Origin: Octopus sinensis
Taxonomy: Eukaryota
Reading direction: 5' to 3'
DNA length: 64,000 bases
Assembly (NCBI RefSeq): GCF_006345805.1
Contig: NC_043013.1
Span: 22,382,001-22,446,000, forward strand
The notes beneath the pieces were generated by a model. It saw only the letters and a program-made list of their open reading frames with translations, was not told the origin of the DNA and ran no database searches. Below, piece after piece: positions 1-14,271 of the stretch (position 1 is the first letter of the stretch; every line of letters starts with the position of its first letter). A program made the translations under genes and the position numbers.

Positions 1-313
1 ATCAAAGAGCGTTGAGTTGGGTTCCACCGAGAAACGAAACCGCATTGTGAGCTCAGCATGTTCAATGCCTGTACAGTATCTATCTTTTCACGTTAGCCAA
101 CAGTAGTTTGTGGTGCTGTTACATTGCTTTTTCCTGGAACAAAATGAAAACTGTAACCTTTACATTTTTCCATAAGTAAATAAAGTGTAACACCGAGCTG
201 AAAATCGAAACCATTTTGCGGTGTCCCGTCGCTCATAGCTTAAAATCTTCTCTACACTGTCCTTCGCTATAATCCTATATTTCTTGAGCATCCATTTGCT
301 TTTTCTACTACTA

Positions 314-400
<87 letters not shown>

Positions 401-544
401 GTGGTGGTGGTGGTGGTGGCGGTGGTGGAGGTGGTATTATAAACCGAAAAATAGTTTTGTAGTTTTCCTCCATATTCTGTGGAAAGGTGTAAAAAATGTT
501 TTTCTCTTCAGCGTCTTTATGTATGCTTTGATTCTACACATTGA

Positions 545-607
<63 letters not shown>

Positions 608-3297
608 AGACAGAGAGACAGAGACAGAGAGACAGAGACAGAGAGACAGAGACAGACAGACAGACAGACAGATAGACACGAGGGGGTGGTTGTGAATTGG
701 GATCCACACAGAGATGATACGATTAAAGGATAATAACAATGGAGACTATAATGCTTACACCTGAGAAAAATCTCTCCATCTCAGGTATACTCGACCAGCC
801 ATAGTTATGGATATTTTGTATCTTTCTCTTTTACTCTCCTCATCTAACAACGTCTCAGCAAACAAAATTGAGGTTATTCTCACATACAAAATGGATGGCA
901 ACTGTCAGTTCCTTTATTGCGATTATAGATAATAACTATTTGGAAAATAACTGATATGGACAAAATATTTTCCAGATATTTCGCTTTAATAGTTTGTTTT
1001 TTTTTTCTTTTGTTTTCGTTTGTTCGTGGATTTCTTTGAGTGTGAAAACTTCCTGCTCTAAAGGGTATCTATTCTTACAAAATTCATAGCAATATTCACG
1101 AATATCTTGCTTAGTAGACTCTTCACAACGTGAAGCTTTCTCTTCAGTATATGCCGTGCCAGGAAAAGAAATCGGTAAAACAATACTATTTATGGGAAAT
1201 ATTTAATATTTTCCATAAGCTATCATCGATTTATTGACATGGGGAAAATAATAAAATCTTTTAAAATTACGTGTTCTTGCTTGTTTCCAAAGTATCTCTG
1301 GTTTGTATCTAGCTTATTATTCTATGCTGATGAAGAGAAATAACCTGGAAATCGCGATAGACAGATATTGTTTTGAGCTGAGTTGGGGTGCTAGTTTCCC
1401 CTTGTTCGAGAATATAAGGACACAGATCGTATCGTATAGCCGGCTGGAGACGATGTCTCCTGGGGGCTAAATTACAGCAACATTCGTCCTAAACCAGGAC
1501 TGTCATGTTATGTTGGCAAACAATCTTTACTACAAAGTACTGTTGCTGAATATCTCTCGTTGTGGGATTTAAAAATAGTAATTTTCTAACTTATTATTCG
1601 AGTTGTGCTGCCTCATATTATAAACATTGAAAGTTGTTCAGAAGACAAAAGAAAGGCAAAGTTTCGACATTCACTTCGACCTGTCATTTGCAGTTTTCTT
1701 CAGTTGTTTCAAGGTTGTTGAACCATATACGCCCGTAGTCTCTGATGCTACGGGTTAAAACTCCAAAGTGTTGCTATTTAGAAGTATATGGTGGGGGGTT
1801 TTCCCATCTTATACTTGTATTGCAAAACTAGAAGCATCATTCATTGAAAGTATAAATGATATGTGTTTGCTCAAACGAATCTACGACATTCCCCATTATA
1901 CAAGGAACTCCGCACCTTGATATCACACAAACTCAGTGTGTCTGGCTGACATCTAGTAACATTCGTAAAACTGCAGACATCAATTCGTTAACAAGTGGCT
2001 TCATCAGCGGATGTGCTGGTACCACTATTGTGTAATGCAATAACAATTCGAAGGTATTCTTGATAAAGTAGTCTCACTTTTGGCAATAAGCATGGCTCCC
2101 AATCAGACAGGTGAAAAGCATTCGTTGGCCACAGACGAGCGACGTCCGAGTCACCTGTCTGTATCGAATGATCCAACAGTTTCTTACTAATTGTGTCATT
2201 TCTTTTTTGTTTTAATATCTGAAGGTCAGATGCTTATGTTTACCGTCCAAAGTGGCCAAAACGGTCTCCAGCTCCTACAACGAGAGAACAAAGACCGAGA
2301 AAAAGCATGAGGGATTGCTGACCGCCGACCAGCGGAACAATGAAGTCATAAAAGAAATACGGGAAGACTGAAAGGCGAAACCATCATTTCGTACTGGCAA
2401 GCTGGCTTGTAGCGCCATATTCGTTGAAACAGATCCATGCTGGACATATTTATGGTGAGTTTAATCAAAGTTTTCTTAATCTGGCTAAAAAATATGAACT
2501 TTGACAAACTAAATAAGCGTAATGGAGATGAGTTTAAAATAAGCACTCCCTCATATTAAACGAGGGAAAGTATTTCAGGAAAGCAAAGTTCCTACCAGAC
2601 TGATAGGGCCGATTTCCCGGTTTCCGTTCCCCATCTGGACAGGATTCCTCTTTTTGCCAGCTGAGTGGACTGGAGCAACGTGAAATGAAGTGTTTTGCTC
2701 AAGAATACAACGTGTCGCCCTGTCCAGGAATTGAAACCATAATCTTTCTATCATGAGTCCAACACCCTAACCACTAAGTCACTTATATAAAATAAAGGGT
2801 GCTGCGTTGGCGCGTGATCAACAAGGGAGATTACATTTTTCTGTTATACTGATTTAAATAATAAAATCCATAAAAAGTAACCTGAAGTAATCTCCCTTTA
2901 AGTTGTAGATCACACGCCAAAGTAGCACCTTTCTTTTTCTTAAGAAATGATGTGAATTTGGTGCTGGTTTTTTGTAAAAGATGTGATTGCCTTCGTCTTG
3001 TCGCTGATCACATAGTGAAACTCTTTAGCCAACATCTTGCGGGTTTCTAGAAATTGAAAAATGAACAATTAAATTAACCTGAAGTCATCTCCCTTGTACA
3101 CGCCAAAGCAGCACCAAATAAAGTGTTAAACACGTTCGGTACGCAAATCGGCAGCCCCTGGATTTGTTGAGTATATAAACAGGTTCCTGGAATTGGTTGA
3201 ATTGATATAAACACTTCTGATGGGAACCCAATACAGTTCGGAAATCGATAAAGGTTCTCCATCTATTTATTCAATCTACCGAGAATGGCGAATTGTG

Positions 3298-3380
<83 letters not shown>

Positions 3381-3931
3381 CATATATATATGTATGTGTA
3401 TATGTATATATACATTTATAAGTTACTTATATTTTAATGCACATCAAAACATGTCGTCATCGAAGTTTCTTGTAATTTGTTGAAAAATCTGATTAGCATG
3501 AAATTTCTTTGACAATTATTTTTATATGGGAGGGAATATTGTCAATTAAATAAACTAATATAATTAGTGGCACTTATTTTCATTTAATCAGAAAGGACGA
3601 AGATCCAAGTTAACGTCTTGTAGGATTTGAACACAGAAAAAGCGAGATACGACAGCAAAAGAAAGCTATAAGATATTTAATCTCGGACTGTTTAATAGAT
3701 GTCCAATATATTCGCACTTCTTCGCAAATTTGGCACTAAGTGACTGGACGGTAGAAAAACGGACAATACAAACTTCTTTTCAAACATCTGCCCTTCATAA
3801 TGTTGGCTTTTGTATGTTTTCACTTAATACATCGTTTGGTTGATATCCACATTATTTTCTCCTCTTGGATTTTGTACCGTTATTGTTCTTATAAAATAAG
3901 CCGCCCCCACTCTCTCTCTCTCTCTCTCTCT

Positions 3932-3962
<31 letters not shown>

Positions 3963-3974
3963 ATCTCTCTTTCT

Positions 3975-4008
<34 letters not shown>

Positions 4009-4775
4009 CCTTCTTCCTTTCTCTCTTTCTTCCTTTTTCTCCCCCTCGCCCTGTCTCACTATCAATTTTTCTCATATATACACATGTGTGTGTATGTGTA
4101 TATATATAGATACACACATATGTGTGTGTATGTTTATGTATATATACACATGTGTGTGTTATATATATATACACACATATGTGGGTGTATGTGCATGTAT
4201 CTATACATATGTGTGTGTATGTGTATATTTATATATACATACACATACACATACACACATTCACATATACGCACACATATTAACAAATAAATTCATACGC
4301 ATCTCATATATACATACGTCTCCCTCTTCCTACACACATATACGCGCAGAGACAGACAGACAGACAGACTGACAGACAGAGATGGATGGGTGGATGGGTG
4401 AATGGAGAGGGAAGATGGGTGGGGTGCCTTTTCAGCGTTGGATGGCTTTGAACGTTGAGTAGTTCGTGTTGTGTAACGAATGAATTTGCATTGACCAGCG
4501 GAACGGTTGTTGACGCTTGTCGTGGATTGTGAATATAGAAAAGAAAAGGATTGAGAATATAGATCAGGGAAAGAAAGAAACCGAAGCGAGAAGAAAGGAA
4601 AGTGTGGGGGGAAATATAGAAGATATTATACGTGATCAATAAAGAAAAGAAAGAGAGAAAAATGAAAGAGGGAGAACGAAGGAAAGAAAGCGAAGCGAGG
4701 AAAGCTGGTCGATCGTTTTTATTAAAAGCAAATATCGCGACTAAATGAGGAGGAACAAGGCTCAAAGTGAGATTA

Positions 4776-5108
4776 AAAAGACTTAAAGACTCCGCCGGTT
4801 ACGACGACGAGGGTCCCAGCTGATACGATCAACGGAACAGCTTGCTCGTGAAATTAACGTGCAAATGGCTGAGCATTCCACAGACACGTGTACCCTTAAC
4901 GTAGTTCTCGGGGATAATCAGCGTGACACAGAGAGTGACAAGGCTGACCCTTTGAAATACAAGTACAACTCATTTTTGCCAGCTGAGTGGACTGGAGCAA
5001 CGTGAAATAAAGTGTCTTGCTCAAGGACACAACGCATCGCCGGGAATCGAACTCACAACCTTACGATTATGAGCCGAATGCCCTAACCACTAAGCCACGC
5101 GCCCTCAC
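4776..5108 (-). mobile_element. tRNA-headed SINE (family C)
   Basis: A box TGGCTTAGTGG, B box GAGTTCGATTCC; 13-bp TSD CAAAGTGAGATTA (4763-4775 / 5109-5121). Confidence 0.88.
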
Positions 5109-5373
5109 CAAAGTGAGATTAGACAATGTATCAGGGATAATTATTTCTAAGTGAAAATTGCAATGCATATTCTGATGAGTCTTAAATACGAACGAAACAA
5201 GTTATTTCGCTCTTCACTCTACGATCTTATTCCGGAACTTTCCTTAACATCACAGAAACTCGTAAATGTGCGGACATGAATTCGTATATATATATTTATC
5301 CATAAAGATAGGTTTGATTCTTTAGTCTCTGCTGTAGCCGTTATATTTCTCGGAGAAACTGAAGAATGGTTGG

Positions 5374-5405
<32 letters not shown>

Positions 5406-5411
5406 ATGATT

Positions 5412-5802
5412 GGATGGAAGCACTCCGTCGGTTACGACGATGAGGGTTCCGGTTGATCCGAATCAACGGAACAGCCTGCTCGTGAAATTAACGTGTAAGT
5501 GGCTGAGCACTCCACAGGCACGTGCACCCTTAACGTAGTTCTCGGGGATATTCAGCGTGGCACAGAGAGTGACAAGGCCGGCTCCTTGAAATACAGGTAC
5601 AACAGAAACAGGAAGTAAGAGTGAGAGGAAGTTGTGGTGAAAGAGTACAGCAGGGATCACCACCATCCCCTGCCGGAGCCTCGTGGAGCTTTTTAGGTGT
5701 TTTCGCTCAATAAACACTCACAACGCCCGGTCTGGGAATCGAAACCGCGATCCTATGACCGCGAGTCCGCTGCCCTAACCACTGGGCCATTGCGCCTCCA
5801 CA
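5412..5802 (-). mobile_element. tRNA-headed SINE (family A)
   Basis: A box TGGCCCAGTGG, B box GGTTTCGATTCC; tail shared with family C. Confidence 0.85.
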
Positions 5803-5923
5803 ATAATGATGATTATAGAGGTGGCAACGTTTATTACTTTGCTCAAGAGTTTTAGCATTATGTAAGAAATGAAATTGTTTTAACTGAGAATCAAATCAAT
5901 TTGTTTCAAAAAGAATTAAAATA

Positions 5924-6410
5924 CAGGGTGTCAAAAAAGTTTCGCCCGATTCTTATTTTGAAAACTATTGTAGGTTTTTCAATGAATTTTATTGTATAGA
6001 ACAATGATGAATAATAACTACGAATGAGACAATGATGTAACAAGGGAATAATTACGAACGAAATGATTCAAACTGTCCTCCATTGTTTTCGACACAAGAA
6101 AGCAAACGCGAAGCCAGGCTACGACAAACCTTTTGGCACAGATCCACGTCGATTGTGGTGAATTGCTCGTTAATAACTCGACGGTTCGCGGTTTTTCTTT
6201 GTATAACATGTCTTTAAGAACATCCCACAAAAAGAACTCCATAGGGGTTGAATCGGGTGAACGCGCTGGCCATTCGATCGGTCCACACTGTCCAATCCAT
6301 CTGCCATTAAAAAAAGATATCAAACACAATGCGCATAGTGGTGGGGTATATAATAATACAACACAAAATACAATAAAATAGAAATCGGGCGAATCTTTCT
6401 GGACACTCTG
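5924..6410 (-). mobile_element. Internally deleted Tc1/mariner-superfamily element
   Basis: TIRs CAG[G/A]GTGTC..TTCGCCCGATT with TA flanks; transposase C-terminal remnant WPARSPDSTPMEFFLWDVLKDMLY. Confidence 0.8.
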
Positions 6411-6469
6411 TATTATTGTAAGGCGCCGGCTACATGGAGAAAGCAAAAGCATTATCTAGGATGCGAGAC

Positions 6470-6830
6470 GGGTGTAGGCAAGGCTGTGGGGATAAAGAGC
6501 TTTGCTTTGCGAACACGTGGTTTCGGGTTCACTTCCACAGCACAGCCCCGAGTCGGCCAATGCCTTGTGAGTGAATTGAGTAAACGGAAATTGTGCGGAA
6601 GCCTGTTGTATACGTGTGTCTATTTATTTATTTGTGTTAATCTCCTCCACCACCTTGCAACCAACGCTGGTTTGTTTACGTCCTTGTAACTTAACAGTCC
6701 AACGAAAGGAGGATCAAGAGCATAAGAATCTGACTTAAAATAAGGAGTGGTGGGGTCGATTCCTTTGGCCAACTCTACAAGACGATGCTCCCGAATAGGC
6801 ACAGTCAACTCACTGAAACAAGTAAAGAAT
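6470..6830 (+). mobile_element. Diverged SINE family B-related copy
   Basis: Similar head and tail motifs with more substitutions. Confidence 0.6.
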
Positions 6831-8783
6831 TAAAGAGGCACTCAAATATATTGAGTGAGAGAGAAAATTCGATTATACCGTCTCCAGCACTTGACTATTA
6901 TTTTAGTTTATCGACCCCGGAAAGATAAGGGACAAAATCGAGTACAATATGATTTGAACTCTTTAAACTAATCTAAATGAAATTAACAGTGAATCGAGGC
7001 CCACTCGCCGAGGTAGCGGACTAGCATCATCCGACAACTAAAACAATGCAAAAGGGCATTGTGAATAGCGATGTATAACAACATCTGATCGATCACGAGA
7101 TCACGGGAAAAGTCTGGTCGGTAACGTGATCACGTGAATACCGAACCCTAGATGTCTACGGTGTCCAGTTGCTTGACATTACATTGTTCATACGAGGTGC
7201 ACCGACACTGCTGGGTATAATGAAGGGTACGCCGGAAGACAAAGCTTGAGAAACTACGATATATAGTGTTCGATCTAGGCAATTGATAGGCAAAACTTTC
7301 TCTCTAAATCGGTGTTTAAACAATGAAAGCAACAAAGAAATGAAGAGATCAAATGATAAAAATATTTGGATTTTATGCTGCGGAATGTTTTGTCGTGTGC
7401 TTCTTTTATCAGAGGCTTAATGTTTAGGAGATTCGGTTCATAATCATAACGTCGTTATATCGATTCCCGGCGGAGCGTTGTATCCTTGACTAAGGCCCTT
7501 TATTTCACGTTGCTCCAGTCCACTCTGCTGGCTCCCTCTTCAGGGTAAGATTTATAATAATTAAAAAATAGAAGAGACACATACATACATACATACATAC
7601 ATACATACATACATACATACATACATACATACATACATAAATACATGCATACATACATACATGCATACATACATACATACATGTATGTTGGCTGCCCCCT
7701 CGTTATCGAGTATGGCCATTGCACGAAGCTTAATCAATGTTGTTATCGTGCAATGCCTGTGCAAGAAGATATTTTTTTAAGTGAGGAAAGGCTGTGCACT
7801 GAGCCAATCCCACTCATTAAACAACAGCAGCCATAATCCGAAAAGAAGAACAAGTCAATATCATCGGTAACCACTGAGCTGCAGGTTTTATGTCGGAGTT
7901 ATCCCAGTTACCTGAGTTGCCTTCTCCTAGATGGATGCCCTGACAAAGGCTAGGAGTCCTTCACTCCTAATGGTTTAACTGCGCGATCGGGTATTCAATC
8001 CGATTATTTCTATGTCCCCGTGCATGATACAGCTTTAAGACATTTATTGGATGGCCGTTGACTCTCAAGAGTTCCTCCGCCCTTTGACGGGTTTTGTTTT
8101 TCATCTCGCAGGGTGACCAATAAACACCCTCCTCACCAAGCGAGCCTGGTGGGGTTGCCGGTTTAGTCGCCGACGAACCGATCATGCAACAGGTAGTACT
8201 GGGTTACATACATACATACATAAATACATTACGTTGGCATAAGGATAAAAATATGCTATCAAGCAGGTATTGTTATAAAATTTAGTGAATCCTAAATCCA
8301 TATTTATCGTTAATTATTGTTTAACGAATTAATCGAAAAGGCTTCCCAGTACACACACACACAGACACACACGCACGCGCACGCACACATACGCACACAC
8401 ATATGCATGAGTGTGTGTAAATATGTATCCTCTTAATGTGTCGGTGTATATTCTGACGTCATTATGTGTAGGTGAGACTATATTCAGACAAACAAAGAAG
8501 CCATTTGCTTTCTTGTTTTATGTCGGACTAAATATCATTCGAATCCTTTTGTGAATGTTACAATGACTTCGGTTATTAAACATTTCAGCCTTTCGATTCA
8601 AGTATTATCTTTCATTTTATTCTATAGATCCTGAATAAATCAATAAATCCATTTTGATGTATTATTTTTTATATACTTGTTACTCAATACAAAGGATTCA
8701 TTTTCGTCGCGCGTAAGTATGTGAGGATGTATTACATGTATGTATATGTATGCATATATGCGTGTGTGTGTGTGTGTGTGTGT

Positions 8784-8817
<34 letters not shown>

Positions 8818-8940
8818 CATCTTTACATTTATTGGTATCCAATTGTTGGATATAATTAACCAAACTCGTTTAAAACAGCGCTTTATGGATATCTGCTTGG
8901 ATTTTTAAATACCTTTTCTTCTTCTAATAAATACATATAT

Positions 8941-9720
8941 CCAAGATGTGGTGAATGAACTGTCGTCTGAATTACACAAAAATGAAAATAACACTGACAT
9001 CTCAATTTAACAGATATTTACCAGAATTACATTAAAATATCTTGAAATATTAAACAGTAAATTTATTCAATAAAATCGCCAATGGCTTCAACCCCGACCT
9101 CCAGACGACTTCGAAATCTCCTGCAACTCTTCTGGATAGTCTCTGTTTAATTTGGTGAATGCTGCCATAATCCTTGCCTTCAGTTGATCTCTCGCTCAAC
9201 TGTACCCCACACAATAATCAAGGCGGTTGCAGTCTAGGGAGTTAGGTGGCCAGATATTAGGGGTGATGTGGTCGCAGAAATTGTCTGACACTCCTGCTTG
9301 TGTGGCATGTTGCTGAGTCCTGTTGCCAGACATAGGGTCTTCCAGCAGCCACCCTCTTGATCCAGGACAGCACTACTCCTCCAGACATTTGATGTAGGCT
9401 TCCGTGTTGAGTGTGAGGCCGTGTGGCAAGATGAATGGAGGCATAACACCGCCATCACTAGTGATCACTCCAAACATGATGTTGACTGGATGTTTGATTT
9501 TTATCACTATGGGTGCAATATTTATCACTCACGGTGCAAATGCCAAGCAGTACAGCATGTCGTTTCCAAATTTCTGGCAGAGGGAATTGCGTCATGGTAC
9601 TGTTTGTTTTCTTCACAGAGAGTACCCAACTGACCCTACTAAACTGTGTAGTCGACAAAAAACAATGCGCATGTGCGAAATTAAAAATATAAAATGGCGA
9701 TAATTTACCCATCGCACCCT
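8941..9720 (-). mobile_element. Degenerate Tc1/mariner (maT/DD37D-like) remnant
   Basis: Remnant HPVNIMFGVITSDGGVMPPFI..IWPPNSLDCNRLDY; right end TA-TAGGGTGCGATGGG; the left end matches it only with many transitions. Confidence 0.6.
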
Positions 9721-9977
9721 ATACACACACACACACACACACACACATACACACACCCACACACACACACACACACACACACATCGGTCACTTTTGAACA
9801 TTGCTGGTAACATGTAACGCAGTACAACCAGTCACATGGTTGGTTCGTCGGCGACTAAACTGGCCACCCCACCGAACTTGCTTGATGAGAAGAGTCATTG
9901 TTGAACCCCTGCGGAATATAAACCTTCAAAGGCCGGAAGAACTCCTGAGTAGTCAACGGCCATACATCAATATGTGC

Positions 9978-10016
<39 letters not shown>

Positions 10017-10145
10017 TTATAATTAAGGGCTAAAGAAGGTTATTCTATAGCCAATACACTGATTTATCCACTTATAATCCACTTGTTACAGGAAAATTGA
10101 ACTGAAAGCGGGCAACTAACCTTTAGAAAATTTAAATTTCGTTAT

Positions 10146-10206
10146 CTCTATATTGAATCAATTTCGGAATTAATCCCTATAAAGGATATATTCTTCTTCA
10201 GTAGAG
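10146..10206 (-). ncRNA. Type I hammerhead ribozyme motif (mirror copy, left arm)
   Basis: Reverse complement of the 10556-10616 motif. Confidence 0.7.
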
Positions 10207-10555
10207 CTTACGAGGGAACATAAATAAAATACTCACATGTGATCATGGAAAAAGCAGAAGCTAAAAACACAACTACATTTAAGTACATCATTTATATCTA
10301 AAAATAAAAATTCCTTAGTCAGTCTCAGAACAACGTGTTGACCTATCGCCGCTACATATTGTAATGGTTACCGGTCCCCTTGTAACAATTGTAACCATTA
10401 CAATATGTAGCGGCGATAGGTCAACACGTTGTTCTGAAACTGACTAAGGAATTTTTATTTTTAGATATAAATGATGTACTTAAATGTAGTTGTGTTTTTA
10501 GCTTCTGCTTTTTCCATGATCACATGTGAGTATTTTATTTATGTTCCCTCGTAAG

Positions 10556-10616
10556 CTCTACTGAAGAAGAATATATCCTTTATAGGGATTAATTCCGAAA
10601 TTGATTCAATATAGAG
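10556..10616 (+). ncRNA. Type I hammerhead ribozyme motif (right arm of palindrome)
   Basis: Stem I CTCTA/TAGAG, core CTGAAGA, hairpin stem II, GAAA, stem III ATTG-ATT-CAAT, cleavage triplet AUA (cut after 10611). Confidence 0.7.
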
Positions 10617-10845
10617 ATAACGAAATTAAAATTTTCTAAAGGTTAGTTGCCCGCTTTCAGTTCGATTTTCCTGTAACAAGTGGATTATAAGTGGATAAAT
10701 CAGTGTATTGGCTATAGAATAACTTTCTTTAGCCCTTAATTATAAGATGTTTATACTTTAACCGTAATGGTTTTTTTAATATACTGCCACGCTTTTTGAT
10801 GGGATCCTTTTCTGTAGAGAAAGGGACTTCATCCTATATTGTTAG

Positions 10846-10877
<32 letters not shown>

Positions 10878-13268
10878 ATATTATATAATAAATCTCTGAA
10901 CGAGGTATATATACTTCACATATATATATATATATTTAGTCATTTAAATTTTAAAATTATACATTATATATTTTTTAATATTTTCAAATATTTATATGTG
11001 TTTGTGTGTTTATATTTATATATTCTTTATTCTTTTATTCTTATACATGTTTCAGCTCTGAGGCTGTGGCCATGCTGGGGCACCACCATTATAATCAATT
11101 TTTAATTGATTGGCCAATTCTTCATGTCTCGGTCGTTTATTTCCGTATATCTTAAGCTCAACAACAGGCAATAAAATTCCCTTACAGCTTTCTTACCTCA
11201 GGTATCATGTGTTACCATATGTTTACTGTGCTGAGTCGAAAGTTTTGCAATATATGGTTACCTATTGCTTTATTCGTCAAGCAGCTGAGCATTCCAACTG
11301 AGGCCATCGTGTTTCACAGCCTGAAACTATTACCAGTTATTGTCTTTCGAGGCGAAGAACTTCATCCCCGAAGCCTCCACCTCATCTTGGTTGATGAAGT
11401 GTTGCAGGAAGTGAGCCATGGAGCGGAAGGAGTAACATGACGTGTCGGTTTTGCAAAAATCTCCCTTGTCCCGTGATGGGGTACGGCGATGAAATGGTTT
11501 TCGGTTATTTTCAAAAGTCTGCAAACATATTTACATTCGTAGAGTATCTTTCAAAAAAAAAAAAAATTACAGAGATGCTTGCTTCCCGTTGTTAACAAAG
11601 AAATATGTAGAAATTCGTTGGTTCAGTTTTATTACTCTGTAGATTCTGTTGGTTTCCAGAATAAAAACCTCCTGCAAAACCGAAGTTATTCTTAAAACCT
11701 TTTAACATTACGCATTCGTAATGATTTGCCTTCTTTTTAAATAAACGTTGCTCGTTTACATTTTCCTTTTTTACTGAATAAAACTTTTCCCTTTTTAAGA
11801 GGTTGCAACATTTTTATCTTAATTAAAATCAGTGACGCAGAACTTATTTCCAATTTTCTATTTTGAAATTCCTCGTCTGTCATTATCATTCTGAGAATGA
11901 TGGTTTCATTAAGCTGTCCTTTTTTCCCCCATACGAAAAATAATACTCATCATTTATATACTTACCAAAACTAGTCTAAATAAAAATCGTGGCTGCACGA
12001 TTCCCAAACTGATATAAAAAAGAAAACTGGAGTGTTTCACCGTTTATCTTTTCATGAAGGTACCATCTGAAAGGTTCGATTTCATGCCGGTTACTTAGGA
12101 CAAATTAGTGTAGCAGAATCAATCTTCCTCCAGACAAAACACATGGGAAAATTGCAACTCATCTCTAGAGACAATATTCTAAAAGCTTGTCGTAACAACA
12201 GTCACATTCTTCATCGAAATGGTAAATCATTTGAAAGTTAAATATTTTTTTTTCATTAACTTATTACAATGTCTTGAGATGCGAAAATACCAACATTTAG
12301 GCTGCTACACAGGCATTCCATAAAATCGTCTAAAGTTTCTCAAAGTTAGATAAATAAGCTTACTTTATATGTGTATCGCAAGATCCCTAATTTCTAACAG
12401 AGATGTACAGCAAAATTTACAATTGAGACCAGTTTAAATGACAAGAAAAACGTATTTCGTGAACCAAAAAACCTTTCACTTCACTGTAAATCGGGATCTT
12501 GTCGTCCACTGAGCTCCTCCTGCACTTCACATCGTCCTCCAATGAAGTTTCGATTCGTTCTCTTTATTAGCTTTATCGCGTCACGAATATTTGAACTTTG
12601 GATTTGCTTGGACTACCATGCTTTTGTCAGTAACCTCTGTTGATACCCTGTCGGTCTTCCTTTGAAATTAATGACATCTGACAGAGCAAGCAAAACAGTT
12701 TTCTTTTTCCCTTTCCTTTTGGAAACTATTGCAAATGAAATACCTCAGCAACCACTCTGTAATATATTAAAATATATAAAAACGTAGTTCACCTCCCTCG
12801 CAGGTCCTCTCGTAACGTTGATCCTTTTCAGCAGGGAAATAACCGTGGGACCCCTACCCACATAACCTCCGAACACAGCCTAACGGCAAATTCACTCACC
12901 TCACGTGGTTACCACGTCCGTCCCGACCGACAATCCCAAAACAGAAGAGGCTCACGCTAGTTGACCCTCCGCTCACATGATCTTCCTCGCTCCTCTCCTT
13001 CCGGCGAGGCCTCTCTGGCGTTTACGTGGCGTCAATGACCCAATACTTCCCTCTTCCCTTAACTCCACACCATCGTCAACAAAAATACAAGAAGTGGCAG
13101 AGAGGACCATTCCTGTTTCATACTAAATTCTATGAGACTGCTGACATTTGTAACGTCTCCTTTACATTCACGAATCTAAGAAACTGCGTTTTTATCTTAG
13201 AAAATCTTGCCGCTGTTATTTAGGAAATCTCTTTGTGTATCGTAAAACGAACAGCATATTTGGTTATA

Positions 13269-13737
13269 CTAGTATTATAACCCGATTACATTCAGGTCTA
13301 CTCGGGCCACATTTTAAAGATGGGGAATTTAAAAAAAAAAAACGAAAATTTTATTAAAAATTAAAAAGAAAATGAGGGCAAAAAGCACTCGTTTTTCCAC
13401 AATGAAAAATCGTTTCCCAGTAGCTGGAATTTCGCGACAAAATGCATGTTTATTAAGCACAACAGCCTACAGTGCATGGCGCTGGGCATTAAAAGCCAAT
13501 CGCACAAACCTAGAGGGGCTCTGAGCCCCCTTGAATCGATAAAAAAATCACTCTTTTTGCCATAGCAACCACATCTTTATAGCTTGCGAATTTTAACCAC
13601 TGCGGGTCTCATCCTTACACGCATTTAGTATCCCTGCCAACTTTCAGCTCGATCCTAGCTTCGGTTTGGCCACCATTAACCGTCAGAGCAAAATGTGCAT
13701 GCAAATTTTCGTCCAAGGACTGTTTTATAGATATAGA
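13269..13737 (-). mobile_element. Non-autonomous Helitron
   Basis: Minus strand A|TC start, subterminal hairpin CCCGA..TCGGG, CTAG|T end. Confidence 0.7.
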
Positions 13738-13992
13738 TTAGTCTTTTAAAAAATAAAACTGGAGCCGCATTCGTTGTGGCCAGCAGGAAGCAGTTATCTA
13801 AGTTAGGTGTATATAATACTATAGCAAAAGGGGTATGGTACTTCTGCGTTATTGCAAAACTTTAATCCAATGGACATTGAGTATATCTAACACAGTTTAT
13901 GCAGCAACAAATTGTTTCGCATTTTTTTTTTTTTTGTTTTTTTTTTGTTTTTTTTTCCTTTTCTGCTTCCCTTTTGCCGTACAACAATATAT

Positions 13993-14225
13993 TTTAAAGA
14001 CTCCGCCGGTTACGACGACGAGGGTCCCAGCTGATACGATCAACGGAACAGCTTGCTCGTGAAATTAACGTGCAAATGGCTGAGCATTCCACAGACACGT
14101 GTACCCTTAACGTAGGACACAACGCGTGTACCCTTGCTCAAGGACACAACGCGTCGCCGAGAATCGAACTCACAACCTTACGATCATGAGCCGAATGCCC
14201 TAACCACTAAGCCACGCGCCCTCAC
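13993..14225 (-). mobile_element. SINE family C, internally deleted
   Basis: 12-bp TSD ACAACAATATAT (13981-13992 / 14226-14237). Confidence 0.85.
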
Positions 14226-14271
14226 ACAACAATATATATTGCAACCATGAATAACTTTCCGGATAGCTAAA

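Larger units (their letters stand above)
10012..10750. repeat. Foldback palindrome, 360-bp arms with 19-nt spacer (probably PLE-derived)
   Basis: 10012-10371 is the reverse complement of 10391-10750 with about 4 mismatches by eye; the left end abuts (TA)n. Confidence 0.93.

Noticed and set aside
160-739. Poly-Ser and poly-(Leu-Ser) ORFs
   Set aside because: Translations of (CTA/CTG)n and (GA)n microsatellites.
5167-5208. CTGATGA..GAAACAAGT hammerhead-like string
   Set aside because: Stem II is only 2 bp and stem I does not pair; may be chance or heavily decayed.
11600-12780. Possible old mariner relic (TSLEDD..)
   Set aside because: Single short motif and no termini identified.
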